From: Candidatus Saccharimonadota bacterium
GTDB taxonomy: Bacteria > Patescibacteriota > Saccharimonadia > Saccharimonadales > UBA10212
DNA length: 64,000 bases
Reading direction: 5' to 3'
NCBI GenBank assembly: GCA_013815775.1
Contig: JACDFN010000001.1
Location: 241,858 to 305,857, forward strand
A model generated the notes under the pieces. That model saw only the letters and a program-made list of their open reading frames with translations. It was not told where the DNA came from and did not search any database. Below, piece by piece: positions 1 through 9,616 of the stretch. Both the position numbers and the translations under genes were made by a program. Every line of letters begins with the position of its first letter. The stretch's first letter is position 1.

Positions 1-903
1 CTGACGGTCCAGCTTGGAATAGAGTTCAAAATGTTTGACTTTGAAAAGCAGTACCAAAGAAAAGTCGTAGACTATATGCTCGATGAATTTAGAGCCGGTC
101 TTACCCCTAACCCCGACATTATGTGCAATCAAGAAGTGAAGTTTAAACTTTTCTTAGATACTGCGCTTGAAGAAGGAGCAGATATGATTGCCACAGGCCA
201 CTATGCCAGGGTGGTACACGGCAAGGAACCCAAGATGCTAGTTGCCAAGGATGGAAATAAAGACCAGACATATTTCTTATACCGCATCTCTCCGGAGGCT
301 CTCAATAAAACTTTGTGGCCCATTGGCGAGCTCACCAAACCCGAAGTTAGGGAACTGGCTAAACAACACGGTCTAGTCACAGCAGATAAAAAAGAGAGCA
401 TGGGCATATGTTTTGTGGGAAAAGTACCGATTAAGGAGTTTTTGCAACAGTTCGTGGAATCAAAGTCCGGGGCCATCATAGACCAACATGGCAAAAAAGT
501 GGGTACGCACGACGGGGCAGTCTTCTACACCATCGGACAACGCCACGGGCTAGATGTGGGAGGTGGGTTACCACTTTATGTGGTTGGAAAAAGCATGGAT
601 AAAAATGAAGTGTATGTAACCACAGATCTGCAAGATAAAAAACTTTGGAATAACATCATCAAGTTTTCGTCCGCCCATTGGATAAACGGCGAACCTAAGA
701 ATAATCAAAAACTGATGGTTCGCACCCGCCATAGAGCAAAACTAATACCTGTAAAATTACTTAACAAGTCAAGTAATTCAATGTGGACAGCTGAACTTGA
801 CGAAGATGTTAAAGCTCTTACACCGGGCCAATCAGCAGCTTTCTACTGTAGTGGAGAATGCATTGGCGGGGGAGTAGTTTCAGTCCTTACCCAGGCAGCA
901 TAA
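1..903 (+). CDS. mnmA: tRNA 2-thiouridine(34) synthase MnmA (5'-truncated by window edge)
   Basis: TPNPDIMCN, IATGHY, KDQTYFL, ESMGICF, YTIGQRHG and TPGQ motifs; the frame is open from base 1. Confidence 0.96.
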   Translation: MTVQLGIEFKMFDFEKQYQRKVVDYMLDEFRAGLTPNPDIMCNQEVKFKLFLDTALEEGADMIATGHYARVVHGKEPKMLVAKDGNKDQTYFLYRISPEALNKTLWPIGELTKPEVRELAKQHGLVTADKKESMGICFVGKVPIKEFLQQFVESKSGAIIDQHGKKVGTHDGAVFYTIGQRHGLDVGGGLPLYVVGKSMDKNEVYVTTDLQDKKLWNNIIKFSSAHWINGEPKNNQKLMVRTRHRAKLIPVKLLNKSSNSMWTAELDEDVKALTPGQSAAFYCSGECIGGGVVSVLTQAA

Positions 904-1253
904 GCTAATTCAACTGCATCTTCCTGTGTTGAGGCGGATGCTCTTGTGGGATGTCGCTGGGCCCAATCCATTGGCAGACCAACTTCCTCTGTAAGAATAC
1001 TAAAGCTTGTGTTGGGACCGCTTGTATCTCTATATAGAGCCTTAGTACGGGGATTGGGTTTTTGAAGCCTAATAAGCTCGTCTTCAGATAAAACTATGGC
1101 TGTGTACCTGCTATCATCAGTTTCGGCCACCGTAAAATCGGTAACCATCATTACGCGGATATTAAATTTTTCGTAAATCTGCTGCACTAGACTTTCCATA
1201 GGAGCAAGTTCGGGCTCCGAACTGAAGGGGTAAGTTTCAGGGCCAATAGACAT
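843..1253 (-). CDS. hypothetical protein
   Basis: ORF fills the gap between mnmA and alaS; likely start MSIGPETYP at 1253; overlaps the mnmA 3' end; no recognisable motif. Confidence 0.5.
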   Translation of the reverse strand: MSIGPETYPFSSEPELAPMESLVQQIYEKFNIRVMMVTDFTVAETDDSRYTAIVLSEDELIRLQKPNPRTKALYRDTSGPNTSFSILTEEVGLPMDWAQRHPTRASASTQEDAVELAYAAWVRTETTPPPMHSPLQ

Positions 1254-1325
1254 GGCTATATTTACGCTAAAATCTATACAACTTGTCAATAGCGCAATGT
1301 ACCCCATCTGTTACAATAAAAACTA

Positions 1326-3248
1326 ATGACGGCGCAGGAAATAAGAAAAAAATACTTGAATTATTTCGAAACCAGGGCTCATGCAGTTATTCCAAGGGCT
1401 TCATTAGTCCCTGGCGGCGACCCAACCACGCTATTCACTGGCAGCGGCATGCAACCCCTCGTACCGTATTTGCTTGGGCAGCCCCATCCTGCTGGGAATC
1501 GTTTGGTTAACAGCCAAACCTGCTTTAGAGCAGAAGATATGGACGAAGTGAGCGATAATCGCCACACAACTTTTTTTGAAATGTTGGGCAATTGGAGTTT
1601 AGGCGACTATTATCAATCAGAACAGCTAACGTGGTTCTTTGAGTTCTTAACCGACGAACTAGGCCTAGATCCTCAGAAACTCTATGTTACCTGCTTTATC
1701 GGTGATGAGAATTCGGGCGTTCCGCGCGACACACAAAGTGCTAGTATTTGGAATCAGCTTTTTAAGAGTAAAGGTATATCAGCAAAAACTATTGATGTAG
1801 GTAGCGAACAAACAGGCTATGGGGAGGATTTCTTAAAGGATTCCACAAACAGAATTTTTTATTATGATGCAAGTAAGAATTGGTGGAGCCGCATGGGGGT
1901 CCCAGCAAATATGGCGGAGGGCGAGCCAGGAGGTCCCGACAGTGAAGTGTTTTATGACTTCGGTACGCCACACGATGAAAAATACGGTAAAAACTGCCAC
2001 CCTAACTGTGATTGTGGTAGATTTTTAGAAATCGGAAATAGTGTTTTTATGGCATATAAAAAGGTGAACGCCAGGTTTGAAGCTTTGCCAAAGCCAAACG
2101 TAGATTTTGGCGGCGGGTTAGAACGTATAGCAGCTGCTAGTATTAACTCGCCAGATATTTTTGAAATTAGCCTTTTAAGACCAGTAATCGATGGCTTGGA
2201 AAGACTTAGCGGCAGGAATTATGATGCTTATCAGGCTAGTATGCGAGTAATTGCTGATCATTTGCGCGCGGCGGTGTGGTTGGCGGTAGACGGCGTAATC
2301 CCTAGCAACAAGCAGCAGGGGTATGTACTCCGGCGACTACTGAGGAGAGCCATCCGTTACGCTTTTGATCTAGGGATAGAACAAGATTTATGCGAAAAAG
2401 TCGCAACTATTGTAATTGATACTTATGCACCCGATTTTCCAGAGCTAAATGGCCAAAAAAACGAGATTTTGAAGATTCTTTCCCAGGAAGAACGTATTTT
2501 CCGCCAAACCCTCCGTGCTGGAGTAAGAGAATTTGAGAAATTAATGGCTGGACCACTGGGAACGGAAGTACTTGGCGAAGCTGCTTCCAGATTATTAACG
2601 GGTGAATTGACGTTTTTACTATATGACACATATGGTTTTCCGCTTGAACTGAGTAGAGAAGAAGCCAAACGTCGAGGCATTAACGAGGTCAATAGCCTAG
2701 AGGAAGTCCACGTACGGAAGATGGAGGAGCAACGGCAACGAAGTCAAACGGCGAGTCAGGGGATGTTTAAGGGCGGTTTGGCAGACCAGTCCGAGGAGAC
2801 GGTAAAACTCCACACCACCACGCATCTGATGTACCAAGCACTCAAACAGGTTTTAGGGAGCCACGTTATGCAGCGGGGGAGCAACATAACAGCAGAGCGT
2901 ACGCGTTTTGACTTCTCCCATCCGCAGAAAGTTACCTCGGAAGAGATGAAACAAGTAGAAGATATAGTTAACCAAAAAATTACCGAGGATTTACCGGTTA
3001 CATGGAAGGAAGAAAATACAGAAGAAGCATTCAATAAGGGTGCTAGCGGAGCCTTTGGTGACAGGTACGGCAATACTGTAAAAGTTTATACAATTGGTGA
3101 CTCAGAGAACTCCTTCAGTCGTGAGATCTGTGGCGGCCCCCACGTCGAACACACTGGCGCAATTGGGGAAGGTGGTAAAAAATTTAAAATCATCAAAGAA
3201 GAAGCTAGCTCAGCCGGCGTCCGCCGAATCAAAGCCGTTTTACAGTAA
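1326..3248 (+). CDS. alaS: alanine--tRNA ligase (short form without C-Ala domain)
   Basis: DPTTLFTGSGMQP, RHTTFFEMLGNWS, LYDTYGFP, editing-domain HTTTHL and EICGGPHV; ends right after GVRRIKA. Confidence 0.96.
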   Translation: MTAQEIRKKYLNYFETRAHAVIPRASLVPGGDPTTLFTGSGMQPLVPYLLGQPHPAGNRLVNSQTCFRAEDMDEVSDNRHTTFFEMLGNWSLGDYYQSEQLTWFFEFLTDELGLDPQKLYVTCFIGDENSGVPRDTQSASIWNQLFKSKGISAKTIDVGSEQTGYGEDFLKDSTNRIFYYDASKNWWSRMGVPANMAEGEPGGPDSEVFYDFGTPHDEKYGKNCHPNCDCGRFLEIGNSVFMAYKKVNARFEALPKPNVDFGGGLERIAAASINSPDIFEISLLRPVIDGLERLSGRNYDAYQASMRVIADHLRAAVWLAVDGVIPSNKQQGYVLRRLLRRAIRYAFDLGIEQDLCEKVATIVIDTYAPDFPELNGQKNEILKILSQEERIFRQTLRAGVREFEKLMAGPLGTEVLGEAASRLLTGELTFLLYDTYGFPLELSREEAKRRGINEVNSLEEVHVRKMEEQRQRSQTASQGMFKGGLADQSEETVKLHTTTHLMYQALKQVLGSHVMQRGSNITAERTRFDFSHPQKVTSEEMKQVEDIVNQKITEDLPVTWKEENTEEAFNKGASGAFGDRYGNTVKVYTIGDSENSFSREICGGPHVEHTGAIGEGGKKFKIIKEEASSAGVRRIKAVLQ

Positions 3249-3328
3249 CCGCAAAGCTGCATCTACGGCTTCGGACAAGTCATCCAAGATATGATTACTT
3301 TCAAGTTTAGACCGATGAAGGATAATTA

Positions 3329-3883
3329 TTAAAGGTGGGGAAAGTGTCGCAGGAGCCTGCGGACAGATAGTTCGTCGAACCTGCTGACTTCAAATAGGCT
3401 ACAATAACGCAGAATATTGTAATGGCCTGCCAGTTTCTCGACTTGTTCAAAACACGGCGCCGGGTGCACCCACATGCTTTTTTGGAGCATCATAAAACCC
3501 TTGTCTTGCAGGCGCCTGACAAACACCGCTCGCTGCCTAGAAAATTTAGTTGGTATATCAAAAGAAACAACTCGCCACTTCTTGTCCCAAGCATTGGGTA
3601 TAACGATAGATATTTCATCAATTAATGCTTGCTGTAAGCGATGCGCTCCGTTTGGAGTTAGTGTGTAGCAAAACTTTTCATTGCTCCTCGTAACGTTTAC
3701 CAGATTCTGTCGTTTAAGTTCTGTCAGGATTCTTCGAAAGTCAGCGTCTTTAGCAGAGGATTCTTTAAGCATTATGGACAGTCCCAAAATAGCGCTAGGG
3801 GCAATCACCGATACTCCAGAGAGACCCTCCTCACCAACTTTCTTGAGGGTAGTGTTTATAGAAGTCTTCGTGTCCATATACAT
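3329..3883 (-). CDS. PaaX-like transcriptional regulator (wHTH plus Cas2-like central domain)
   Basis: YTLTPNG wing followed by WDKKWRVVSFDIP...LQKSMW, the signature of the PaaX middle domain. Confidence 0.8.
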   Translation of the reverse strand: MYMDTKTSINTTLKKVGEEGLSGVSVIAPSAILGLSIMLKESSAKDADFRRILTELKRQNLVNVTRSNEKFCYTLTPNGAHRLQQALIDEISIVIPNAWDKKWRVVSFDIPTKFSRQRAVFVRRLQDKGFMMLQKSMWVHPAPCFEQVEKLAGHYNILRYCSLFEVSRFDELSVRRLLRHFPHL

Positions 3884-3888
3884 AATTT

Positions 3889-3900
3889 AAACATATGTTT
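3889..3900. promoter_or_regulatory. perfect 12-bp palindrome AAACATATGTTT, candidate operator in divergent promoter region
   Basis: Lies immediately upstream of the PaaX-like gene, between divergent genes. Confidence 0.35.
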
Positions 3901-3983
3901 GTTTTTTGTATAGTCCATAATGGTCAAACCTTTAAATAAATGGTTCAATGTGGTAATGTTTAGGGGTTAAATAAAATATAAAA

Positions 3984-4967
3984 ATGGCTAAAAAATCCAG
4001 AAGTAGAAAGTTCCAAGGGCGTAGCAACTCATTCACTCAAAAAAGCCGGTTTTTCATACCATGGCCCTATATCTTTTTCCTACTTCTTTGCAGTGGAGTC
4101 CTACTTGTCGGCTGGACATTTAAAATCACTGCCCAGAACATTGTTGTTAGCGCCAAAGTACCGGCCGCTGTTCTAACTGAGCCCGCGGTTATTACTAATC
4201 CAGTTAACGGCCAACGGTTTACCTCCTATCCTATTCCAGTTAGCGGGACATGCCCCTTGAACTCTTATGTAAAACTTTATCGCAACGATGTTTTCTCCGG
4301 TACGGCTATATGCTCGGCTAGCCAGACTTTTTCTCTTTCCAGCGATTTATTTAGTGGCGCCAACGAGTTTAAGGCACGAGTATTCAACACTACAGACGAT
4401 GAAGGGCCACAGTCGAATACGGTAACCGTTTATTTGGACCCAGTGCCAGCAGAACCAGGTGCTCCCAAGCCACCGCCCAGCACCTCATCATCACCACTAA
4501 TAATAAAAACCGATTTTAGGTTCGTGGGCTACTATACTGGCCAAACGGGAAGATGGAAGTTGGAAATAAGTGGCGGTGCTCCCCCTTACGCAGTTAATGT
4601 TGACTGGGGGGATGGAACCAGCAGCATTTTTAGTAGAAAAAAGAGCGGTGATTTAATAATCCAGCACAAATATGAAAAGGCAGGACCAGGAGAGAATAGT
4701 TCATATACAGTCAAGGTAACTGGCTCTGATTCTGATGATAATAAAGCCTATTTGGAATTTTTTGTGATAGTAAACTCCAACAACTTGCCAGAATTAGTCG
4801 GTGACACTATCCCAACCGCCAGGCCGCCTGTCGATACTCGATTGCTTTGGCTGCTTTGGCCTGCATATATTGTTGTGATACTAATGGTTGTGAGCTTCTA
4901 CTTAGGAGAGCGTGAAGAGTTGCTGGAGCTAAGAAAGCGTGGGGCATTGCGAAGGCGGAGAGCCTGA
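3984..4967 (+). CDS. membrane-anchored Ig-like/PKD-domain protein
   Basis: N- and C-terminal TM segments, beta-rich core, VDWGDG PKD-type motif, Pro-rich linker. Confidence 0.7.
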   Translation: MAKKSRSRKFQGRSNSFTQKSRFFIPWPYIFFLLLCSGVLLVGWTFKITAQNIVVSAKVPAAVLTEPAVITNPVNGQRFTSYPIPVSGTCPLNSYVKLYRNDVFSGTAICSASQTFSLSSDLFSGANEFKARVFNTTDDEGPQSNTVTVYLDPVPAEPGAPKPPPSTSSSPLIIKTDFRFVGYYTGQTGRWKLEISGGAPPYAVNVDWGDGTSSIFSRKKSGDLIIQHKYEKAGPGENSSYTVKVTGSDSDDNKAYLEFFVIVNSNNLPELVGDTIPTARPPVDTRLLWLLWPAYIVVILMVVSFYLGEREELLELRKRGALRRRRA

Positions 4968-5026
4968 GCTTAACGGTGGTTAGCGAACGGTACAAGGGGC
5001 GGAGGCATGCTATAATCAATCTGATT

Positions 5027-6328
5027 ATGCTTGAAAAAGCCAAGTCTTTAAAAGACAAATTACCCCACATTAATCGTATTGCTAAGAACAGCCGACCAAT
5101 AGGCGACTATTTGGTTGCTCTCGATATCGGTACCGAGTATGTAAAAGCCTTAGTTGGTAGAGTAGTAGGCAATGAGGTTGAAATTATCGGTATGGGGCGG
5201 ACCCACCAAGAACTATCCGATATGCAAGCGGGTGCTATAGCTGATATCGGCTCGGTTACAGCTAATTGCGATAAAGCCTTAGCTGCCGCCGAGCAACAGG
5301 CTGGAGTAAGCGCTAGAACGGCAATTATTGGCATTGCCGGTGAGCTGGTAAAAGGCACAACTTCTACGGTTCGCTTTACTAGGGGTAACCCCAGCAAAGA
5401 GTTAGACATTGCAGAAATGGAGCGCATCATCGCTCTTGTGCAGGAGAGGGCCGAAGCTAAAGCCCGCCAACAACTAGCTTGGGAGCTCGGCGGCAAGGAC
5501 GTAGAAGTAAGGTTAGTCAACAGTGCCTTGGTAAGAATAGACATTGATGGATATAAAGTGACCAATCCAGTAGGCTTCCAAGGACGCGATGTTGTTGTGG
5601 AGATGTTTACTGCTTTTGCGCCAATGATTCACATTGGTGCCTTGGAACGCACTGCAGCAGAACTAGATTTGGAGCTACTGGCCGTGGCGGCCGAACCTTT
5701 CGCTGTGGCCCGCTCAGTCGTAGGTGATGACCCTAATGCTTCAATTTCGGCAATTTTAATGGATGTTGGGGGTGGCACCACTGACATCGCGGTAGTGAAT
5801 GAAGGTGGGGTAGAAGGTACAAAGATGTTCGGTATTGGGGGTCGTGCTTTTACGCACAGTATTGAGCGTGAGCTTGACGTAGACTTTGCTAAAGCCGAAT
5901 CTTTAAAGCTTAGCCTAAGCAATGCGAGTGGAATTGGCCAGAAAAACGCAGAAGTAGAAAAATCGCTAAATAAAACATTGAACGTCTGGGCCAACGGCGT
6001 GGAGCTAGCTTTGGCCGAATTTACAAGGTTAGACCATTTACCTAACCGTTTACTTCTGTGCGGTGGTGGCTCGAGCCTAGATTTACTCGTTCAGAGACTT
6101 GAGCAAAGCGAATGGTGGAAGAGCCTACCCTTTACACGCAAGCCGGCAGTGCATCATATAAAAACCGAGGAGGTGGTCGGTATAACCGATACAACAGGCT
6201 CGGTTAGTGATCACACCTTTATCACAGCCATGGGACTGCTGAGAGTCGGCATGGACACCTTGAACACAAACGAAACGGGCAATAGCGGCTCGTTTAAGGA
6301 TAGAATAAATAAGGTACTAAAAGTATGA
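5027..6328 (+). CDS. FtsA-like actin-fold ATPase
   Basis: ALDIGTEYVK, MDVGGGTTDIA, LLLCGGGS motifs; C-terminal amphipathic FKDRINKVLKV; extended -10 TGCTATAAT at 5008-5016 supports ATG 5027. Confidence 0.85.
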   Translation: MLEKAKSLKDKLPHINRIAKNSRPIGDYLVALDIGTEYVKALVGRVVGNEVEIIGMGRTHQELSDMQAGAIADIGSVTANCDKALAAAEQQAGVSARTAIIGIAGELVKGTTSTVRFTRGNPSKELDIAEMERIIALVQERAEAKARQQLAWELGGKDVEVRLVNSALVRIDIDGYKVTNPVGFQGRDVVVEMFTAFAPMIHIGALERTAAELDLELLAVAAEPFAVARSVVGDDPNASISAILMDVGGGTTDIAVVNEGGVEGTKMFGIGGRAFTHSIERELDVDFAKAESLKLSLSNASGIGQKNAEVEKSLNKTLNVWANGVELALAEFTRLDHLPNRLLLCGGGSSLDLLVQRLEQSEWWKSLPFTRKPAVHHIKTEEVVGITDTTGSVSDHTFITAMGLLRVGMDTLNTNETGNSGSFKDRINKVLKV

Positions 6329-8034
6329 GCACTACTAAACCTAAAGCAAAACCAGGCAAAGAAGTGGTCTACGTCGACCACGACGATGAGATAACGACTA
6401 TCATCGACAAAGTTGATGCTACCAAACAGAAGGTGGTGGCTTTAGTTTTGCCCAAGCGATTTACCACTCTCCAAAGCATCGTCAATATGCGCTTGCTTAA
6501 GCGAAGCGCCGACACAGCCGGCAAAAGTGTGGTTTTGATTACATCCGAGCAGGCCTTGTTGCCTCTTGCGGGAGTAGCTGGTTTGCATATAGCTAGGAAT
6601 CTTCAGACTAAGCCAGAAATTCCTCCCTCCCCAATCGTGAACGATGAAGGTGCCCCGGTAGACGAACCGACAGATCCGGATACGGAAGTAGATACCAAGG
6701 GTGCCAAGCTTGACTATCATCGCTCAATTGGCGAGCTGGCTGCCTCTCACGAAGTCGAAGAACCCGACGCAATACCACTAGGCGGAGATGAACAGACCGC
6801 TGGTACCGACAAGCCGGGCCCGGGATCCAAAAAAGATAAAAAACTCAAAGTTCCTAACTTTGATCGCTTTCGATTACTACTTGCCGCCGGATTGCTTGGA
6901 CTCATAGCTTTAATCGTGTTTTTAGTCCTTGCTACAAAGGTGTTACCAAAGGCCATAATTATCATCAAGACAACCAGTATTCCAGTGGCGGCAGATTTTA
7001 CTTTAACTGCTTCGGATACGGTTAAAGCCCTGGATGTGGAAAAGAAACAGATACCGGCGGTGCTCAGAAAGTCCGACCAAACTTCAAACCAGCAAGTTCA
7101 GGCCACTGGCCAGAAAAATCAAGGGGAAAAAGCAACTGGTACAGTAGTGCTAAAAAACTGCGGAGCAAATAGCGCTACAATTCCTGCTGGCAGCGGGGTG
7201 AACAGCGGAGGTTTAACTTTTATTACTCAAAAAACTGTAACTCTTGATTCAGGTAACTTTACGCCACCACCAACCAGTACCTGTAAAACTACTGGGGGGC
7301 ACATAGGTAGCGTCAGTGTTACCGCTCAAAGTCCGGGCTCAAAGTATAATATTGGACCTTCTAGTTTTACCGTTTCTGGGTTCTCTAGTGTAACCGGCTC
7401 ATCTAGTAACCCTATGACTGGCGGGACGGATAGTATTCTGACTATCGTTGCTCAGCAAGATCTAGATAGTGCTAAGAAAAAAATCACTGCTGCCGATTCC
7501 GACAAATTCTCTGCAGACTTTCAGAAGCAGCTTGGCGACGAGGGTTTTTACGTTCTTAGTTCAACACTGAAGCTAGGTGACCCCGTGGTTACTGCCACGC
7601 CTGCCGTGGGTCAGGAGGCCACAAACGTTAGTGTAAGCATTAAGATCACTTACTCTGTGTTAGTGGTGCCCAAAGCTGATTTAGAAAAAGCAATTACCGA
7701 CGCTTTGAATAAGCAATTTGATAAGAGCAAACAAAAACTAAGCGACGGGGACGTGCTAGATAAAGTAAAGGTGAGCGTGGTTAATCAAACTGCTCCTACT
7801 ACAACTAACCTGGAGATTAGCATTGATACAACAGCCATACCTATAATTGATGAAGACACAGTTAAAAAACAAATTGCAGGTAAGAAAGACGGTGAAATTC
7901 GTAAAATATTAACTGCATTACCGGGAGTTAAAGAAGTACAGACCAAAATGAGTCCTTTTTGGGTTGCTAAAGCGCCCAGCAAGCCTAGCAAGGTTAATAT
8001 TGTTGTGGAACAGGCGGAAGAGAGCCGACAGTAA
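6325..8034 (+). CDS. bitopic membrane protein with baseplate J-like extracellular region
   Basis: ATGA overlap with the FtsA-like gene; cytoplasmic alpha/beta N-domain, acidic linker, one TM, then GEKATGTV...IPAG...VTAQSPGSKYNI...MTGG pattern reminiscent of baseplate J/gp47-like domains. Confidence 0.6.
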   Translation: MSTTKPKAKPGKEVVYVDHDDEITTIIDKVDATKQKVVALVLPKRFTTLQSIVNMRLLKRSADTAGKSVVLITSEQALLPLAGVAGLHIARNLQTKPEIPPSPIVNDEGAPVDEPTDPDTEVDTKGAKLDYHRSIGELAASHEVEEPDAIPLGGDEQTAGTDKPGPGSKKDKKLKVPNFDRFRLLLAAGLLGLIALIVFLVLATKVLPKAIIIIKTTSIPVAADFTLTASDTVKALDVEKKQIPAVLRKSDQTSNQQVQATGQKNQGEKATGTVVLKNCGANSATIPAGSGVNSGGLTFITQKTVTLDSGNFTPPPTSTCKTTGGHIGSVSVTAQSPGSKYNIGPSSFTVSGFSSVTGSSSNPMTGGTDSILTIVAQQDLDSAKKKITAADSDKFSADFQKQLGDEGFYVLSSTLKLGDPVVTATPAVGQEATNVSVSIKITYSVLVVPKADLEKAITDALNKQFDKSKQKLSDGDVLDKVKVSVVNQTAPTTTNLEISIDTTAIPIIDEDTVKKQIAGKKDGEIRKILTALPGVKEVQTKMSPFWVAKAPSKPSKVNIVVEQAEESRQ

Positions 8035-8035
8035 A

Positions 8036-8449
8036 ATGGACGCCAAACAACTCCTAGGTCTGGATGTTGGACTAGCTCGCACAGGCGTCGCTAGAGCCTC
8101 AGCAGTGGCGCGTCAAGCAGAACCCCTAATGACCATAGAAACTTCTAAAGCTCTCGGCACTCTAGCTGAGCTCATTGAAAAACAGTCAATTGGTATAATT
8201 GTGGTAGGTCTGCCGAGAAACCTGCAGGGCGAGGATACCGACCAGACTAGATGGGTGAGAAAATGGGTGAAAGAAGCAAAAGCCGCAGTAGAGGTACCTT
8301 TTTATTGGCAAGACGAAGCCTTGACGACCGTAATTGCCCGGGCAGGTGCAGTAGCTCATAAGAAACCCAGGGATGTGGATGCTCTGGCTGCGGCTATCAT
8401 TTTGCAAGACTTCCTTGACACACCTGAAGCAGAAAGGGTAATTTGTTGA
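8036..8449 (+). CDS. ruvX: YqgF/RuvX family pre-16S rRNA nuclease
   Basis: LLGLDVGLARTGVA, IVVGLP, DEALTT, DALAAAIILQDFL. Confidence 0.92.
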   Translation: MDAKQLLGLDVGLARTGVARASAVARQAEPLMTIETSKALGTLAELIEKQSIGIIVVGLPRNLQGEDTDQTRWVRKWVKEAKAAVEVPFYWQDEALTTVIARAGAVAHKKPRDVDALAAAIILQDFLDTPEAERVIC

Positions 8450-8452
8450 ATT

Positions 8453-9493
8453 ATGTATAAGTTAGGTAAGAAACATCGCAGCCCGTTAAGATTTTGGTTA
8501 CTCATCGCGCTAGCTGCCACTATTCTCACTGTGGGTACAGTGGGGGTGCTTCGCAGTTGGTATCAATATAATCTACGTCCTATATCTTCATCACCGCAGA
8601 TTAAATATTTTTCTATTGCTCCAGGCAGCAACGTACTCCAAATAGCTAAGAAATTGGAGAGGGAGGGACTGATTAGAAGTTCAAGGGCGTTTGAGACATA
8701 TGTTAGGAGCAATGAACTACACAATAAGCTAAAGGCTGGAACTTATGCGCTCAATACGTCTATGAGCGTCGAGAAAATTGTAAACATAGTGGTGGAGGGT
8801 GACGTGGCTAAAAACTTATTAACAATTCTACCAGCCAAAAGGATAGACGAGGTCAAGCAAGCTTTTGCTAAAGAAAGCTATAGCCTGTCTGATATTGAGA
8901 CGGCATTCAAGCCATCGACCCACCGAGGACATCCTGCGCTTGAATCTTTGCCTGCAGGCGCTAGCTTAGAGGGCTATTTATATCCCGATTCTTTCCAAAA
9001 AGAAGATCAAACTCCAGCCGAACTCATAGTTAAAAATTCCTTAGACGAAATGAACAAGCATCTAACATCTCGACTAAAAGCTGAGTTTCCCAAGCATAAC
9101 CTTAGCACTTTTCAAGCCATAACCTTGGCCTCAATTGTCCTACAGGAAACCGACGACCCGGCAATACAGCCCATAGTTGCTCAGGTGTTTTTGACTCGAC
9201 TTAAAATGGGAATGTTACTGCAGACCGACCCCACAGTAGATTATGCGTCAGCACTTGCCGGTGTTAAAAAAGACCTGAGTATTGATTCGCCCTACAACAC
9301 CTATAAGTATAAAGGTCTCCCTCCTGGTCCCATCGGTAACGTAACAGTTGATGCCCTCAAGTCTGTTGCCTACCCCGAGAAAACAGATTATTTGTTCTTT
9401 TTTACAGGCGATGACGGTAAGTTTCGCTTTAACCGCACTCAAAAAGATCACGAAGACGGCGTAAGAGAATATTGTAAGAGGAACTGCGGTTAA
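8453..9493 (+). CDS. mltG: endolytic transglycosylase MltG
   Basis: N-terminal TM, LEGYLYPDSF, LASIVLQE, LQTDPTV, SPYNTY...GLPPGPI. Confidence 0.93.
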   Translation: MYKLGKKHRSPLRFWLLIALAATILTVGTVGVLRSWYQYNLRPISSSPQIKYFSIAPGSNVLQIAKKLEREGLIRSSRAFETYVRSNELHNKLKAGTYALNTSMSVEKIVNIVVEGDVAKNLLTILPAKRIDEVKQAFAKESYSLSDIETAFKPSTHRGHPALESLPAGASLEGYLYPDSFQKEDQTPAELIVKNSLDEMNKHLTSRLKAEFPKHNLSTFQAITLASIVLQETDDPAIQPIVAQVFLTRLKMGMLLQTDPTVDYASALAGVKKDLSIDSPYNTYKYKGLPPGPIGNVTVDALKSVAYPEKTDYLFFFTGDDGKFRFNRTQKDHEDGVREYCKRNCG

Positions 9494-9616
9494 TCCTAAG
9501 GTGTTAACAGAGGGATGGTATTGTTTGACATATCGACAAATTTGGTATAATAGAGAGGCAGCATAAGGGTCTTAAATTGACGAAACAACCATTAACCAAC
9601 CCGTTGCACCAGGAGA

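Noticed and set aside
3329-3883. Cas2 / CRISPR system
   Set aside because: The Cas2-like segment is fused to a wHTH (PaaX type); no cas1 and no repeat-spacer array seen anywhere in the window.
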